Below are positions 1 to 12,675 of a stretch of DNA of 64,000 bases, one piece after another. This DNA is from Octopus sinensis (taxonomy: Eukaryota): assembly GCF_006345805.1 (NCBI RefSeq), contig NC_043009.1:55428001-55492000 (forward strand). The letters run 5' to 3'. The position numbers were made by a program, and so were the translations under genes. The notes under the pieces are model-generated. The model was not told where the DNA came from. It ran no database searches and saw only the letters and a program-made list of their open reading frames with translations. The first letter of the stretch is position 1. The number at the start of each line of letters is the position of its first letter.

Positions 1-510
1 AAACACTACTCCTCACCTGCTCCAAAAAAGGTCAAAGTTGTTTCAGCTACAAGGAAGGTGACAGCCACAGGTTTTAGGGATGCAAAAAGCATTATGTTTG
101 TTGACTATCTTCAAAAGAACCTCACCATTTATGGAGAGTACTGTGCCAGCTTGCAAAGGGAGTTACGAAAGGGCATGAAAACCAAACACTCAGGAAACTG
201 ACAAAAGGGATCTTGTTCATTACAGCAATGCTTCAACACACAAGTTCTTGGTTTCATGTGTGACTGTGGCTTTGAACTGGTTGATCACCCTCCCTATTCT
301 GATTTGGGCCCCATTTTATTATCATCTGTTCCCCTACATGAAAAAACACTTGGCCGGGAAGCAGTATTGCAGTGATGATGTCACAACTGCTGTTCAATAC
401 TTCTTTGACTAACAGGATAAAAGCTTCTTCACTAATTGGACACAGGTACTGCATCACCAATGGAAGAAGTGTGTGAATGAGAAGGGGGACCTATGTTGAA
501 AAATTAGTCT
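1..510 (+). mobile_element. Mariner transposase C-terminal remnant
   Basis: Translates (with frameshifts) to PKKVK..SA.KV, DYLQK, HPPYS(P)DLAP, HLFP.MKKHLAG, W.KCV..KGDYVEK. Confidence 0.88.
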
Positions 511-752
511 CATTTTGTCACATTTGATGAAAGTGTCTTGGTCAACCAATGAACTCTTCAGTTGATCCTTGAACATGAAAATTACCTCTACCACTCACTT
601 TATAAAGTAAAAGGTAAAGTTAATTGAAGCCAGATTTCAACTCGGAGAAAAGAAATTAAATACTGCTGCTGCCACTCAGGATTACTATGAAGAATATATT
701 TGTAGTTTAAATAGATTTTTAGAAAAAAAAAAAAAGATTTTGATGAACTTAC

Positions 753-901
753 TGACAGCACTCATTCTTGATAATTTCTGTGGTAACAAAGTTTGTCAAA
801 ATATAGTTTCAAAAGAGTTGAATCAATATCAGGATATTCTCCAGAATTTCAAGCAAATTACAATTTCTGAATGTACTTAGAGCAGAAAAAATTGAGCATT
901 T
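753..901 (-). pseudogene. Pseudo-exon: degenerate duplicate of ATRR-like exon 15
   Basis: Aligns to 26064-26236 with splice sites retained. It carries 1-, 13- and 10-bp deletions; the first gives an in-frame TAA after NAQFFLL. Confidence 0.88.
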
Positions 902-1334
902 CTGTGAAGGCAGAAAAATAATAGAGAGATTATTTGTAATTAACAATATTTTCTTTAAATTAAATATAATAAACCAACAAAACAAGGATAATGATATTAG
1001 ACATTATAAGAACCAATTTGCAACAGATTTGCAGACAGAACTCGAACCATGCTTGCCAGGAAAGCATCTTACCAAATACAGAGTGCCATTTTGCTGATTA
1101 CATGGAGCTTAAATGAAGTTTCAGTTTCCTTAGTGGTTGTCAGTTGATCTTTTCTATCTCAAATGTTAAATTATAATTATACCAAACTTTTACTTTGAAA
1201 AATAAATTAGTTAACACTAGAGAAAAAGAAGTCTTAATTGCTTGCGTATACAAAGGTTTCTTTTTAAAAAAATTCAGATAATTGAAATTTATATAAGATC
1301 CATAAACTGTTTTTCTAAACTCAACTCTAATAAC

Positions 1335-1648
1335 TGTGGTGTTATGAGCCAGGCTATGTTGTAGGGGAAGGACCGGAAGTGAGGGAGGATGCATGTCCTG
1401 TTGGAAGTGGGGCCTGTGGGTCCCACCAAAAGGGCTGTGGTGGGCATGTGGGGTCGGTGAGGTGCGAGTGGTCAGTTGGTGGTGAACAGCATACGAGAGC
1501 AGACCTGTTAGATGGTACAGCAGCAGACAGAGTACATGGTACAGTGGCAGAAAGAGCATGTGGACATTGTGAGTGACCCTTCCAGATTGACAGGTGAGAC
1601 TACCGCAATTCTCTCTCTGCTTTCCATCTTTTCCTCCCTCACATCACA
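1335..1648 (+). repeat. 5' LTR
   Basis: Direct repeat of 4670-4935; starts TGTGGTG, ends CATCACA. Confidence 0.9.
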
Positions 1649-4600
1649 AGCTATTTTGGCACAAAAAAAAAAATGATGGGTATGGTCCATATTTCAAGCA
1701 AGACGGTTAGGCCATTTTGTGGTGAGGGAAACGTCACTGCATGGTTGAAAAAAATTAAGTTAGTGGCAAGACTCCACAGTATAGATGACCTAGCAAGTTT
1801 CATACCATTGTACCTTGATGGATCAGCGTTGGTGCTATACCTGAAAATGGAGGAGAAAGACTAGTTAAGCACAGAGAAAATAGAAGTCTGGCTGATAGAG
1901 GCTTTCACTGAAGGGCCATTTATGGCATATGGTCGACTGGGGAAAGCGAAGTGTTTTCCAATGAAATCAAGAGATTGGCCAAACTTACGGGATACGAAGA
2001 TGATGCATTGGAACAAACGGTTAAATTAGCATTTGTGGCAGGATTTCCTGACCATGTGTTGGTCAAACTGCAAAAGCTGCTGAATATTCACTCCATGGCA
2101 ATGGTAGAGGTAATATCTCAGGCCAGAGTCCTCACCTTGTATTGCAGGATGACGCCTTTAGCAGCGACTTCAACAACGAGAAGGGGTCAAACAGAGCGGC
2201 AGAGAGGAAGGAATGTGTGCAACCCTTCAAAGGGCCGTGTTTTTGGTGTCAGGGTTTGTACATGGTGAGAAGCTGCAAATAACCGAAGCCTGGAGTAATT
2301 TGCTATCGATGCAGAAAAAACAGGCCACATCGCTAGTGAATGCATTCAGAGAAACGGCCTAAGGGAGACTACTATGCCAGTAGTCATCCTGTCGAAAGAA
2401 AAGAGGTGCGTATACAGTCATTGCCAATAGTGGAAGTCATGGCGAACGGAAAGGTGTCACGAGCCCTCATGGACATGGGCTGCTCAACAACCCTAATGAC
2501 TCCAGAGGTGGTAGAAGAATGGAGTGAAGCGAGTAGTGTAAGGGCTGTTGACGGTATGGAAGTTGAATGCAGAAGAAGTAGTGATGTGGAGATGGTGGTA
2601 GAAGGAAAGAGATTGGGGTTGTGTACGATCGTTATTGACTGCATGGTGAACGGAATCAATGTGGTGATGGGGATGGATGCCATTGTCCGTTTGGGAGGTG
2701 TCACAGTCAATGAAGCTGGTTGAATTCAGCACTGAAGATTATGGCGACAGTTCTCAAAACCATTCTGGGAAAGGCGGACAAAGTGAAAAGAGCCACCAAT
2801 TCCTATATTGATAACATTCTGGTGGACAAGAGCATAGTGTCAGCAAAGGAAGTCATAAGCCACCGGAAGAGTTTTGGGCTAAACTACTGGGGGAGGAGCT
2901 GCCCAGGGTCTCAAGCTATGGAGAGACAAGGCTGACATGTTGGTGTTTCAGAGAGGGAATGAGATCCCAGAACTAGGCAAGAACTGTTTTCTGTGTGTGG
3001 GAAGCTGCTGGAACACTATCCGATTGCAAGATGGTTCTGGACAGCATGCAGCTTCAAGAGGCGAGCTGAAGAAGTGAGGTGGAGTGACAATGTGGGAAAG
3101 AAGATAACTGACATGATGCAAGAAGTCTTGGAGAGAGTGACTGCAGAGGACCCAGTAAGAGGAAACTGGTATGTATCCAAATTGAAGAATGGGATCGTGT
3201 GCTGTGATGCTAGCAGCATAGTAACAGGAGTTGTCATGGAAATTGGAGGTGTTGTGGTGGAGGATGTGGCCTGGCTCAGGAAGAAGGATGACTGCAACCA
3301 CATCAATGTGGCAGAGCTGGATGCTGTGTTGAAGGGGATGAACCTGGCCATGAGGTGGAGGCTGCATACCATCAAGATCCGGACTGATTCAGCCATTGTA
3401 CTTAGATGGGTAGGATTAGAGGTCACTGGTGAGCGGAGGGTGCGAACCAAAGTGGGCGCAGAGATGCTGATAAGATGCCGTTTGGGAATTCTGGGTGAGC
3501 TAGCTGCTGAGTTTGGCCTGAGGCTGAGTGTGTTTTTTATGCCCTCTGAGAGGAATAGAGTGGACGTCCTGACTAGAGTAAAGAAAGCCTGGTTGCTGGT
3601 GCCAGAGGATCTGGAGCAAGGAGTGGCTGCAGTTTGTTGACTGAGTGACTCGGAGCTGAGGAGACTGCATACCATGCATCACATGGGGGTAGACAGGACC
3701 TTGTTCCTAGCCAGGAAAGTTGACTCTGACATGACCAGGCAGAGTGTGCAGAGAGTGGTTGGGAGCTGTGACAGGTGCCAGTTCATTCAACCCACTCTGG
3801 GTGTGCATGAAGCAGGAAGCATTCCAGTGGATTACAATTGGAAACAACTGGAACACTATCAGCAGGGTACATACCTCTCGATGGTTGACTGCAGACTGGG
3901 GTGGTTTGCCATATGGAGAGAGATAAAGATGGGGACCACAGAGGAAATCACAAGAATACTAAATGAGATATTCCTAGAATGAGGCACTGTGGATGAGGTG
4001 CTTCTGGACAATGGCATTGCATTTTGCATGGAGGTGCTGAGGGAAATGCTCGACAAGTGGAATGTTAGCCATTTCTTAAGGGTGGCATACCAGCCAAGTG
4101 GCAATGGGGTTGTAGAGAGGTATCATCACACCATCAAAGCCATTGCAGAGAGGGGCCACATTTCACTGGTTGAGGCCGTTTTTTGGTATAATATGTCACC
4201 CAGGTTGGGACAGGCTGAGGAGCCAGTGTCACACAGGGCAATATTCAAATATGAGTGGAGACATCCATGTACTGCACAATCTGCAGAAGAGAAAGAGCAT
4301 GCCGTTGTGCAGGTTGGGAAAGAAATCTGAGTTTAACCTCCAAATGCGCAGTGCACATCACAATGGGGAAATAACCTCTGTAAATACAAGGAACAATGTG
4401 TCTGTAGATGGCATGTCACATCATGTTTTGGATGTGCACAGGATCATCAATGCAATGGAGGATGGAGCCAACAGTAATGGACAAAAGGAAAAAGCCAGCA
4501 GCAACATGCCAGGAACTGAGGCCAGGCCTGAAGTCCCATGGCGGTTGCAGAGGGAGTGGTGCCCTCCTCACTGACTGGCTGATTACAAGACAAGTTAAGG

Positions 4601-4669
4601 CATGTGGTCAGGGTTGAGGAGAGGGTGTGGGCAGGTTGATTGAATGATATTCGGATTGGCGTGGGGGCA

Positions 4670-4935
4670 TGAGGTGTTATGAGCCAGAAGTGAGGGAGTA
4701 CGCATGTCCTGTTGGAAGTGGGGCTTGTGGGTCCCACCAGAAGGGCCACAGTGGGCTCGCAGGGTCAGTGAAGCACGAGCGGCCAGTTGGTGGTGGACAG
4801 CATATGAGAGCAGACCTGTTAGACGGTATGGTGGCCAACAGAGCATGTGGACATTGTGAGTGATCCTTCCAGATCAACAAGTCAGACTACCGCAATTCTC
4901 TCTCTGCGTTTTGTCTTTTCCTCCTTCACATCACA
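4670..4935 (+). repeat. 3' LTR
   Basis: Direct repeat of 1335-1648 lacking two approximately 24-bp segments. Confidence 0.9.
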
Positions 4936-6319
4936 ATAACTATATTATTGAAACACATATAAGAAAGACAAGAATTAAATTCAATTTATAGTATGATATT
5001 ATATATAATTTAACTTAAAAAAACACTTTAAAACAATATAAGTAAAAACTAATAAGTTAGTAGATTTGAAAATACAACTGACCATATGGTTTCTTACTGA
5101 TTCACAACTATCCACTACTACTATTAGTAACTTTCAGAAAATTCAAATAATACAATAGACTTGAAATTCTATCAATATGCCTTGTGACTATAAAGTATGT
5201 GGTATCATTAAAAAAAATAATTTTTCTATGAATAACCACTCCCAGCCTAACCAAGGACAATTTCTGACCTCAATAATGTCTATTGCTGATATTATTTCAC
5301 CTAGACAAACTGAAGATAAACATCTCATTGAAGAAAGTTCAAAATTTACTACTATGTACAACTCTAATGCAAATTAATTGAGGAGAAAATTTGTCTTTAA
5401 ACAATGCCAAACTTTTATGCCCTGAAGAGATCACACCTGTAATGCATAAATTACAGCATATGAATATGCAACAAAATGCAATTGGTGTGATCAAAACACC
5501 TGTCAGACTTTTATACTAACTGGAAATAAACAAAGTTTAAAGCCAACCACTCCAAGAGTGTAGTGGGTGCTTTTATGTGCCATTGGCACGAGGGCCAGTC
5601 AGGCGGTACTGGCAATGACCAGACTGAAATTGTGTTTTTTACATGCTACCTGCATAGGAGCCAGTTGAGCAGCGCTGGCAACGACCTTGCTTGAATATTT
5701 TTTTCACATGCCATTAAGGCGACGCTGGTAACGATCACACTCGAATGGTGCTTTTTATGTGCCACCAACATGGGAGCCAGTCAGCTGCCCTGGCAACAAT
5801 CGCGCTTGGATGGCTTTGGACGGCCCATGGCTATAGTAGAAGACACTTGCATAAGGTGCCACACAGTGGGACTGAACCTAGAACCATGTAGTTTGGAGCA
5901 TATGTATGTGTGTATGTATGTGTTTATATATGTGTCAGTATATACTTTTGCATGTATATATGTATAGGTTTGTCTAGAAGTTTGTATATTTGTTTTGTCT
6001 GTGTTATACTTGTGTTTATACTTGTTCTCTCTCTCTCTATATATATATGTGTGTGTGTGCACACAGATGCACGTGTGAGTGTATATATATATATATATAT
6101 CATCATCATCATCATCATCGTTTAACGTCCGTTCTCCATGCTAGCATGGGTTGGACGGTTCGACCAGGGTTCTGGGAGCCAGAAGGCTGCACCAGGCTCC
6201 AGTCTAATCTGGCAATGTTTCTACAGCTGGATGCCCTTCCTAACGCCAACCACTCCGTGAGTGTAGTGGGTGCTTTTTACGTGCACCTGCACTATATATA
6301 TATATATATATATATACAT

Positions 6320-6870
6320 AACAATCAAGGAACGGCCGCGGTGGCAAAAAAATTCTACAAAATTTTTTTGCCACCCTATATTGATAATTATGAATTTTCT
6401 GGTTATTCCGTAATGGAATCGGCGGCTTATATTTATTTGCTGCCGATAAATTTGGCGCGAGTGCGATGATTTGAAAATTTTAGGTCAGATATTGCCGAGG
6501 CAGGTCGGAAATCCCTCGTGAAAATATCTGTTCCGACTTGGCTATTTCTTACTGATGAATCTAAGGGCCTATGGAAGATTGGCTTGATTTAATTTAATCA
6601 GGTTAGTTTAACCATTAACAGTAGATGAAGCGGTGCATCGTATAAGAAATTACAGGGTAAATTTTTTTTAATTTTCTCCTGGTTTACGGAATTGATTTTT
6701 ATTTGCGGTTGAAGCTTTGGCTGTTATTTCTAGTGGGTGAATGGCCTATTATGGCCGTTCCTTGATTGTGATGTTGAACTTAAAAATGGTCTATGACTAT
6801 TTAATTTTTTCCCACTAGGCCGCTGGTGGCAAAAAAATTCTACAAAATTTTTTTGCCACCCTATATTGAT
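6320..6870. mobile_element. Unclassified structured element with 17-bp inverted repeat and duplicated hairpin ends
   Basis: acaatcaaggaacggcc (6321-6337) is inverted at 6753-6769. The hairpin ggtggcaaaaaaatt-ctacaa-aatttttttgccacc plus ctatattgat occurs twice (about 6340-6385 and 6825-6870). Flanked by (TA)n. Confidence 0.6.
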
Positions 6871-6905
6871 TAATTATATATATACATATATATGCATGTG
6901 TGCAT

Positions 6906-6937
<32 letters not shown>

Positions 6938-7874
6938 TATAGGCATGTGATTTTACATATATAAGATATCTTTTAACCTGGTTTGCAAGTATCATTTTAC
7001 GGCTATCTAATATCTTCACATATTCAATGCGTCTGAATTGTTTGAGCAGATGTTGGCAGACATACAGCCTTTATATATGTATGTGAATCTATTAACTTTT
7101 AAAGTCCTATAGGGTCTTCAATGTGTAAATCTTTCAATATTATTAGAAACTAGAGATTTTGGTGAAATGCAGTTAGTTCAGGATAACAATAATAGAAACA
7201 TAACTATTGTATGAATTTGTATTAAATTTACTGATATGATATATTGATTGACGGTATGTACAGTGAAAGTGGTTTTTATCTATTGTTGATTTTTTTATAC
7301 CAGTGATCAAGCCCTTTTATCTACCAAGTTTAGTTGAATACAGTGAAGTTGATTATATATGTACATATATACTTTTACAAGAAATTGATTCCTGATCATA
7401 GATTTTATAATTAGATCATTGATAAATATATAATGCTAAATAAGATCATTAATAAATAATATTACTGAATTGTAACTCACTGTTCTTAACCAACAAGTTG
7501 AAGGGAACAAAATCTGGAGAAATTTTCTTGATGAAAAGCAAAGAAATAAACAAACGTTGTGCAGGTAAGGAGTCCTTTTGCAGTTTAATTATTTTCTGGT
7601 GCATATGAGCTCTCTCTTATGATATTTGACCTAAACAAATAACGCTTTGCAATTGGGCAACAGCTACTAATATCTAGTCTCAGACATAAACGTAGTCTCT
7701 TTTGATAAGCTAACTGTATTTGTTACTTTCTTTTTATACTCTTTTAGTTCAACACACACACACACACACGTGTCAACTACAGTGACTAAGTTTTCATATT
7801 TTGATGATGAGATGGACACTCATACTGTGTACAAAAAAATTAATAATAATCATTAATAATGTACAACTATTAAT

Positions 7875-7929
<55 letters not shown>

Positions 7930-8159
7930 TAATAATCCTTTCTATTATAGGTACAAGGCTTGAAATTTGGCGAGGAGGGCGCCAGCCAATTAGGTCGACC
8001 CCAATGCAGAACTGGTACTTAATTTATCGACCCTCGAAAGGATGAAAGGCAAAGTCGACTTCGGTGGAATTTGAACTCAGAGTGTAGTGACAGAGGAAAC
8101 ATTGCTAAGCATTTCATCCAGCATGCTAACAATGATGATGATGATAATAATAATAATGC

Positions 8160-8211
<52 letters not shown>

Positions 8212-8239
8212 TAACAATAATAATCAATAATATTAATAA

Positions 8240-9105
8240 TAATCAATACATTAATACACAAACGTTTTGGTTTTGTACATACCTGTTGTGTGTGTCACAC
8301 CTCAAAGAAGTGGCAAAGCGAGAGAAAGGAGGACAGAGAGGAAGTAAGAGAGAAAGAGAGAGAGAGTGAAAGAGACAGTAAGTGGTGACAGCATTCGATT
8401 TGTGTTTTTAAATGTTTCAGAGAGAACGTAAGAGAGGAAGGAAGGGATTGAGAGAGAGAGAGAGAGAGAAAAAGTGAGAGTGAAAGAGACAGTGAGTGGT
8501 GACGGCATTCGATTTGTGTTTTTAAATGTTTATCACATCGTAAGAGAAGTAGATACATATATACATTGTTAAATCAATAGAGTGAGAGAAGAGGGACACA
8601 ATGGAAGTGAAAGAGAAAGAGAGAAAGTGAGAGAGACAGTAGATACATAAATCCAAAGAAAAGTTCATACATAGATACATACACACTGCAAATATTGGCT
8701 GTCAATTTTACTTTTCATTACCACACGAGGATAAAATTAACTCACAAATGGCTATGTACTCCACAGACATGCATAACATTAACATAGTTCTCAGGGAGAT
8801 TCAGCTTCATACAGAATATGACAAGGCTGGCCCCTTTGAATTACAGCTACAACTTGAGACTGTGTGTTGTGTATAGTATAGGTTAGTTAAGACATGTTTG
8901 TAATAATAAGTGTCGTTTGGTGGAAATAAATGCAATTACCAAACTTTCATTCATAAATCTATTTATCATTTCGTTCATTTGCATTTCAATTCTCTCTCTT
9001 ACTTCCTCTCTGTCCTCCTCTCTCTCACTTTGCCACTTCTTTGAAGTAAGTGTGACGTACACAACAGGTACGTACAAAAACAAAAAGTTAGCGTATTAAT
9101 ATTAT
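8240..9105. mobile_element. Non-autonomous DNA element with about 120-bp imperfect terminal inverted repeats
   Basis: 8240-8355 is the reverse complement of about 8990-9105 (e.g. aaagaagtggcaaag / ctttgccacttcttt). Confidence 0.6.
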
Positions 9106-10084
9106 TGATGGTTTTAAACTTTGCCACAAGTGCAGCAGTTTTTTTTTGGGGGGGGGGGAGGAGATGAGTCGATTACATCAACCCCAGTGTTCAACTGGTA
9201 CTTATTTTATTGATCCTGAAAGGATAAATGATATGCTTGTGAACACTTGTAGCTATTGAAACAGTCACTGGAAATGAAGTTTTTGAAATATCAATGATGT
9301 AGCTTAACTTCCATCTTTCTTCATACACACACAAATACAAACACAATATCACCATCGTCATCATCATCATAATCATTTTTTCCGTTTTGATGCTGGCAAG
9401 ATTTTTCACAGCAATATTCTGTACCCAACTTCCCTTCTTGACACTGTATTTCCTTGACATGTGAGGTGACGGTTATCTCCCTTGTATTAACAATCATTGG
9501 TAGAGGGAACCACATGTATAATTTCATAGAGTTCTACTCAAGCAGAGATAAACCAAACCTTCATAATGGCACATTGTCTACAGCATGGGATTATTCCCAA
9601 GTAATGACACAGAACTACACAAGAAAATATAGGAATCTCTGATGGCTTCTGCCAATTCTCTCAAGAGTATATTAGATAAGGTAGTCTTTCATACCCACTA
9701 AAAAGAACAAATGCAATGGATTTTTCCATTGATCTGGTTAATCAGGATTGATCTGAAACTAAACAAAAACGGGTTGATCTTTCCATTCTTTGGTCAATGT
9801 TATTGCAAAGACAGTAACTTTTCTGCTGCTGAAGAGCTCAAAATTATGTGATCTGGCAGATCCAGCTGGTGCAAAAGATTTTTGTCAGCAAAAAAATAAG
9901 AGTGATTTTTATGCATCATGAGTCTATATGAAAGGTCCTATCAAGGTAAATAATGCTGTATTCTCTGTTCTAACCTAACTACCACTATAAGTTAGAGATA
10001 AAGATTTATCTTCTCATATATAACGGAAAAGAGAGACAAAGGTGGGAGAGAAATAGACAGAGAGCAGAGGCAGGGCCAGATAGG

Positions 10085-10181
10085 AAGATAGATAGGAACA
10101 GACAGACTAGTAGATTGCATACAAGCACACAAACATATAGATGAATAGACAGATTGATGGATCTGCACATCTATCTATAAG

Positions 10182-10218
<37 letters not shown>

Positions 10219-10302
10219 GGATGGATAGATAGAAAGATAGATAGATAGATGGATAGATAGAAAGATAGATAGATAGATAGATGGATAGATAGATGGATAG
10301 AT

Positions 10303-10333
<31 letters not shown>

Positions 10334-10378
10334 AAGATAGATAGATAGATTGATAGATAGAAAGATAGATGGATAGAT

Positions 10379-10423
<45 letters not shown>

Positions 10424-10425
10424 GA
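10085..10425. repeat. (GATA)n microsatellite
   Basis: Tetranucleotide run with variants. Confidence 0.95.
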
Positions 10426-10987
10426 TGCATGGCGGCGAGGTTAAGAAGTCAACAAGTTTGCTTGAGAACCACTAGCTTTTTGGGGGTGGGTGTAGGGGTG
10501 TTGTTGGAGCCCTCTGTACTGTTCCTTAAGTATGTGTCTTCTATTCTAGCCTTGTTGCTAATGCTTACTATGTTTCCAAGCAAGGTAATATTTCCCATGA
10601 AAGAATGGAAATGAATAACATCATTTGTAAGATGGTGATTTTAAGACAAGAGTATACACACACACACATGATAGATTTCCAGTTTCTGCCTGTCAAATCC
10701 ACTCACAAAGCTTTGGTTGGCCCAGGGCTATTGTAGAAGACCCTTACCCATAGAGTCACACAGTGGGACTTGAACCCAAGACCATATGGTTGGGAAGCAA
10801 ACTTCATAACCACATAAGTTACTCCTGTACCTATAATACCAAAATAATATTGCAGTATTCTTCTAAGTAATCCAATCTGAATGATACATTCCACAGATTT
10901 GCACATATATATATATATGTATCATCATCATCATTTAGCGTCTGCTTTCCATGCTAGCATGGGTTGGACGGATATATATATATATCA

Positions 10988-11258
10988 CGTGACCGACCAG
11001 ATCATCACATCGCTGGTCACAATGCATTTGTATTGTTTTAGCCTTCGAACGACACCACCCCGCTGGCTAAGCGAGCAGGCCAACAGAAGAAAGTGGGAGA
11101 AAGAGTGGTGAAAGAGTACAGCAGGGATCACCACCCCCTGCCGGAGCCTCGTGGAACTTTTAGGTGTTTTCACTTAATAAACACACACAACGCCCGGTCT
11201 GGGAATTGAAACCGCGATCCTCCGACCGCGAGTCCGCTGCCCTAACCACTGGGCCATT
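10988..11258 (-). mobile_element. tRNA-derived SINE
   Basis: Minus strand begins with a tRNA-like A/B-box head (gcaatggcccagtggttagggc...ggtttcaattccc); near-identical copy at 22915-23218. Confidence 0.8.
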
Positions 11259-11274
11259 GCACCTCCACACACAC

Positions 11275-11333
<59 letters not shown>

Positions 11334-12185
11334 GTGTGTGGTGTGTGGTGTGTGTGTGTGTTGTGTGTGTGTGTGTGTGTGTGTGAAGGTGCATGGCTCA
11401 GTGGTTAGAGCATCGAGCTTACGATCGTGAAGTTGTGAGTTCAAATCCCGGAGTGGGCTGTGTATATATATATATATATATACTAGACTAGGCTGCATGT
11501 AAATATATATATATATGGAAACTAATGAGAGAGCATGGTCTTCCAGCTTGCTAGAAATAGTTGCTTGCTAAATGTCCTTCAGATTACATCCCATTTTCAA
11601 ATAAAGGACACTGCATAATCTGGTACTGGATGCATTCTGCCTCTAAAGAAAAAGGAACAAAAAGTGTGATAGTCATAGTTAGAATGCCTCTGAGCATGTC
11701 TGTTCAGTCAAGGTTGATTTTTAACCAAAGTAACAGCAATGTCAATGACCATGTTTTGTACAAACTATTGCGTTAGTTTTATTGTGTGAAGAAGATAAAG
11801 ATTTCAAATTAAAGACTGGAATGGAATTGGCTTTGTTTGAATTTTCTTTTTGTAATAAAATTTCCCATATTATTGCAAGTCATGCTTGCTGATTGATCTA
11901 CGACTTCTAATTATGAACTGTGTATGATGATGGCATGTGCATAAACAATTTCTTAGTTTATTTTAAAGTTTGTTTTCTTCTTGCATGGCTTCAGAGTAGA
12001 TATCTTTTCTTGCCATGAGTCAAGTATAAAAAGAACACAAGCTATGAAATCCATGTTCCACATGAAGACAGAATAGACACAGCTTAGGTTGGGAAAGATT
12101 AATGTTATGAGATGCTACTGCAGGACAGTATAGATGCTGGTTGATGTGCAGTACCCATTCTTGTAGAAGTTCGATGTATAGGTTA

Positions 12186-12558
12186 CTAGCAGTATCGCCT
12201 GGCGTTGCTCGGGTTTGTAAGGGAAATAACTATATAAGCATTTTAGAGAGTTATAGCCAAAAATGCATTAAAAATGGAAAACAAATGATGGTAAATTTTT
12301 TCAAAAATCGTTGACTCATCGTAGACATTTTTAGAGAGTTACTTCCCTTATATAATAGCGAAAAATGCATTAAAATGGTAAAAAATTATGGTAAATTTTT
12401 TTTTTAATCGTAGACACGTGCTAATACCCAGAAGGGCTCGATATGAATCACGACTATAAGATACCCAGTTTTGGTTAAACTGCACCGCAAAATGTGGGAG
12501 TAGTTAGGAATCTAAATCGTAGGAGACAGACACACACCTTCTCTTTTATATATAAAGA
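12186..12558 (-). mobile_element. Non-autonomous Helitron
   Basis: Minus strand 5'-TC...GC-rich hairpin (cccgagcaacgccaggc)...CTAG-3' in an A|T target; relatives at about 34008-34316 and 20428-21271. Confidence 0.8.
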
Positions 12559-12675
12559 TATCAGAACAAGACTAAGACAGTGGTGCTGTCCAACATTGAT
12601 AAACAAATACTGTCTTGAAAGAGATCCAGGTGACATTTGAGAGCCAGCCATTGGATATGGTTGAATGGGAATGAC

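Larger units (their letters stand above)
1335..4935 (+). mobile_element. Ty3/Gypsy LTR retrotransposon, degenerate, with internal RT deletion
   Basis: LTRs 1335-1648 and 4670-4935 (TG..CA ends), TSD ATAAC at 1330-1334 and 4936-4940, purine tract before the 3' LTR. Internal order: gag with CCHC knuckle (about 2300-2345), protease (ALMDMGCS), RT remnant (YIDN), RNase H (CDAS, HINVAELDA, TDS), integrase (HH..CC, DNG, NGVVER). Confidence 0.93.
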
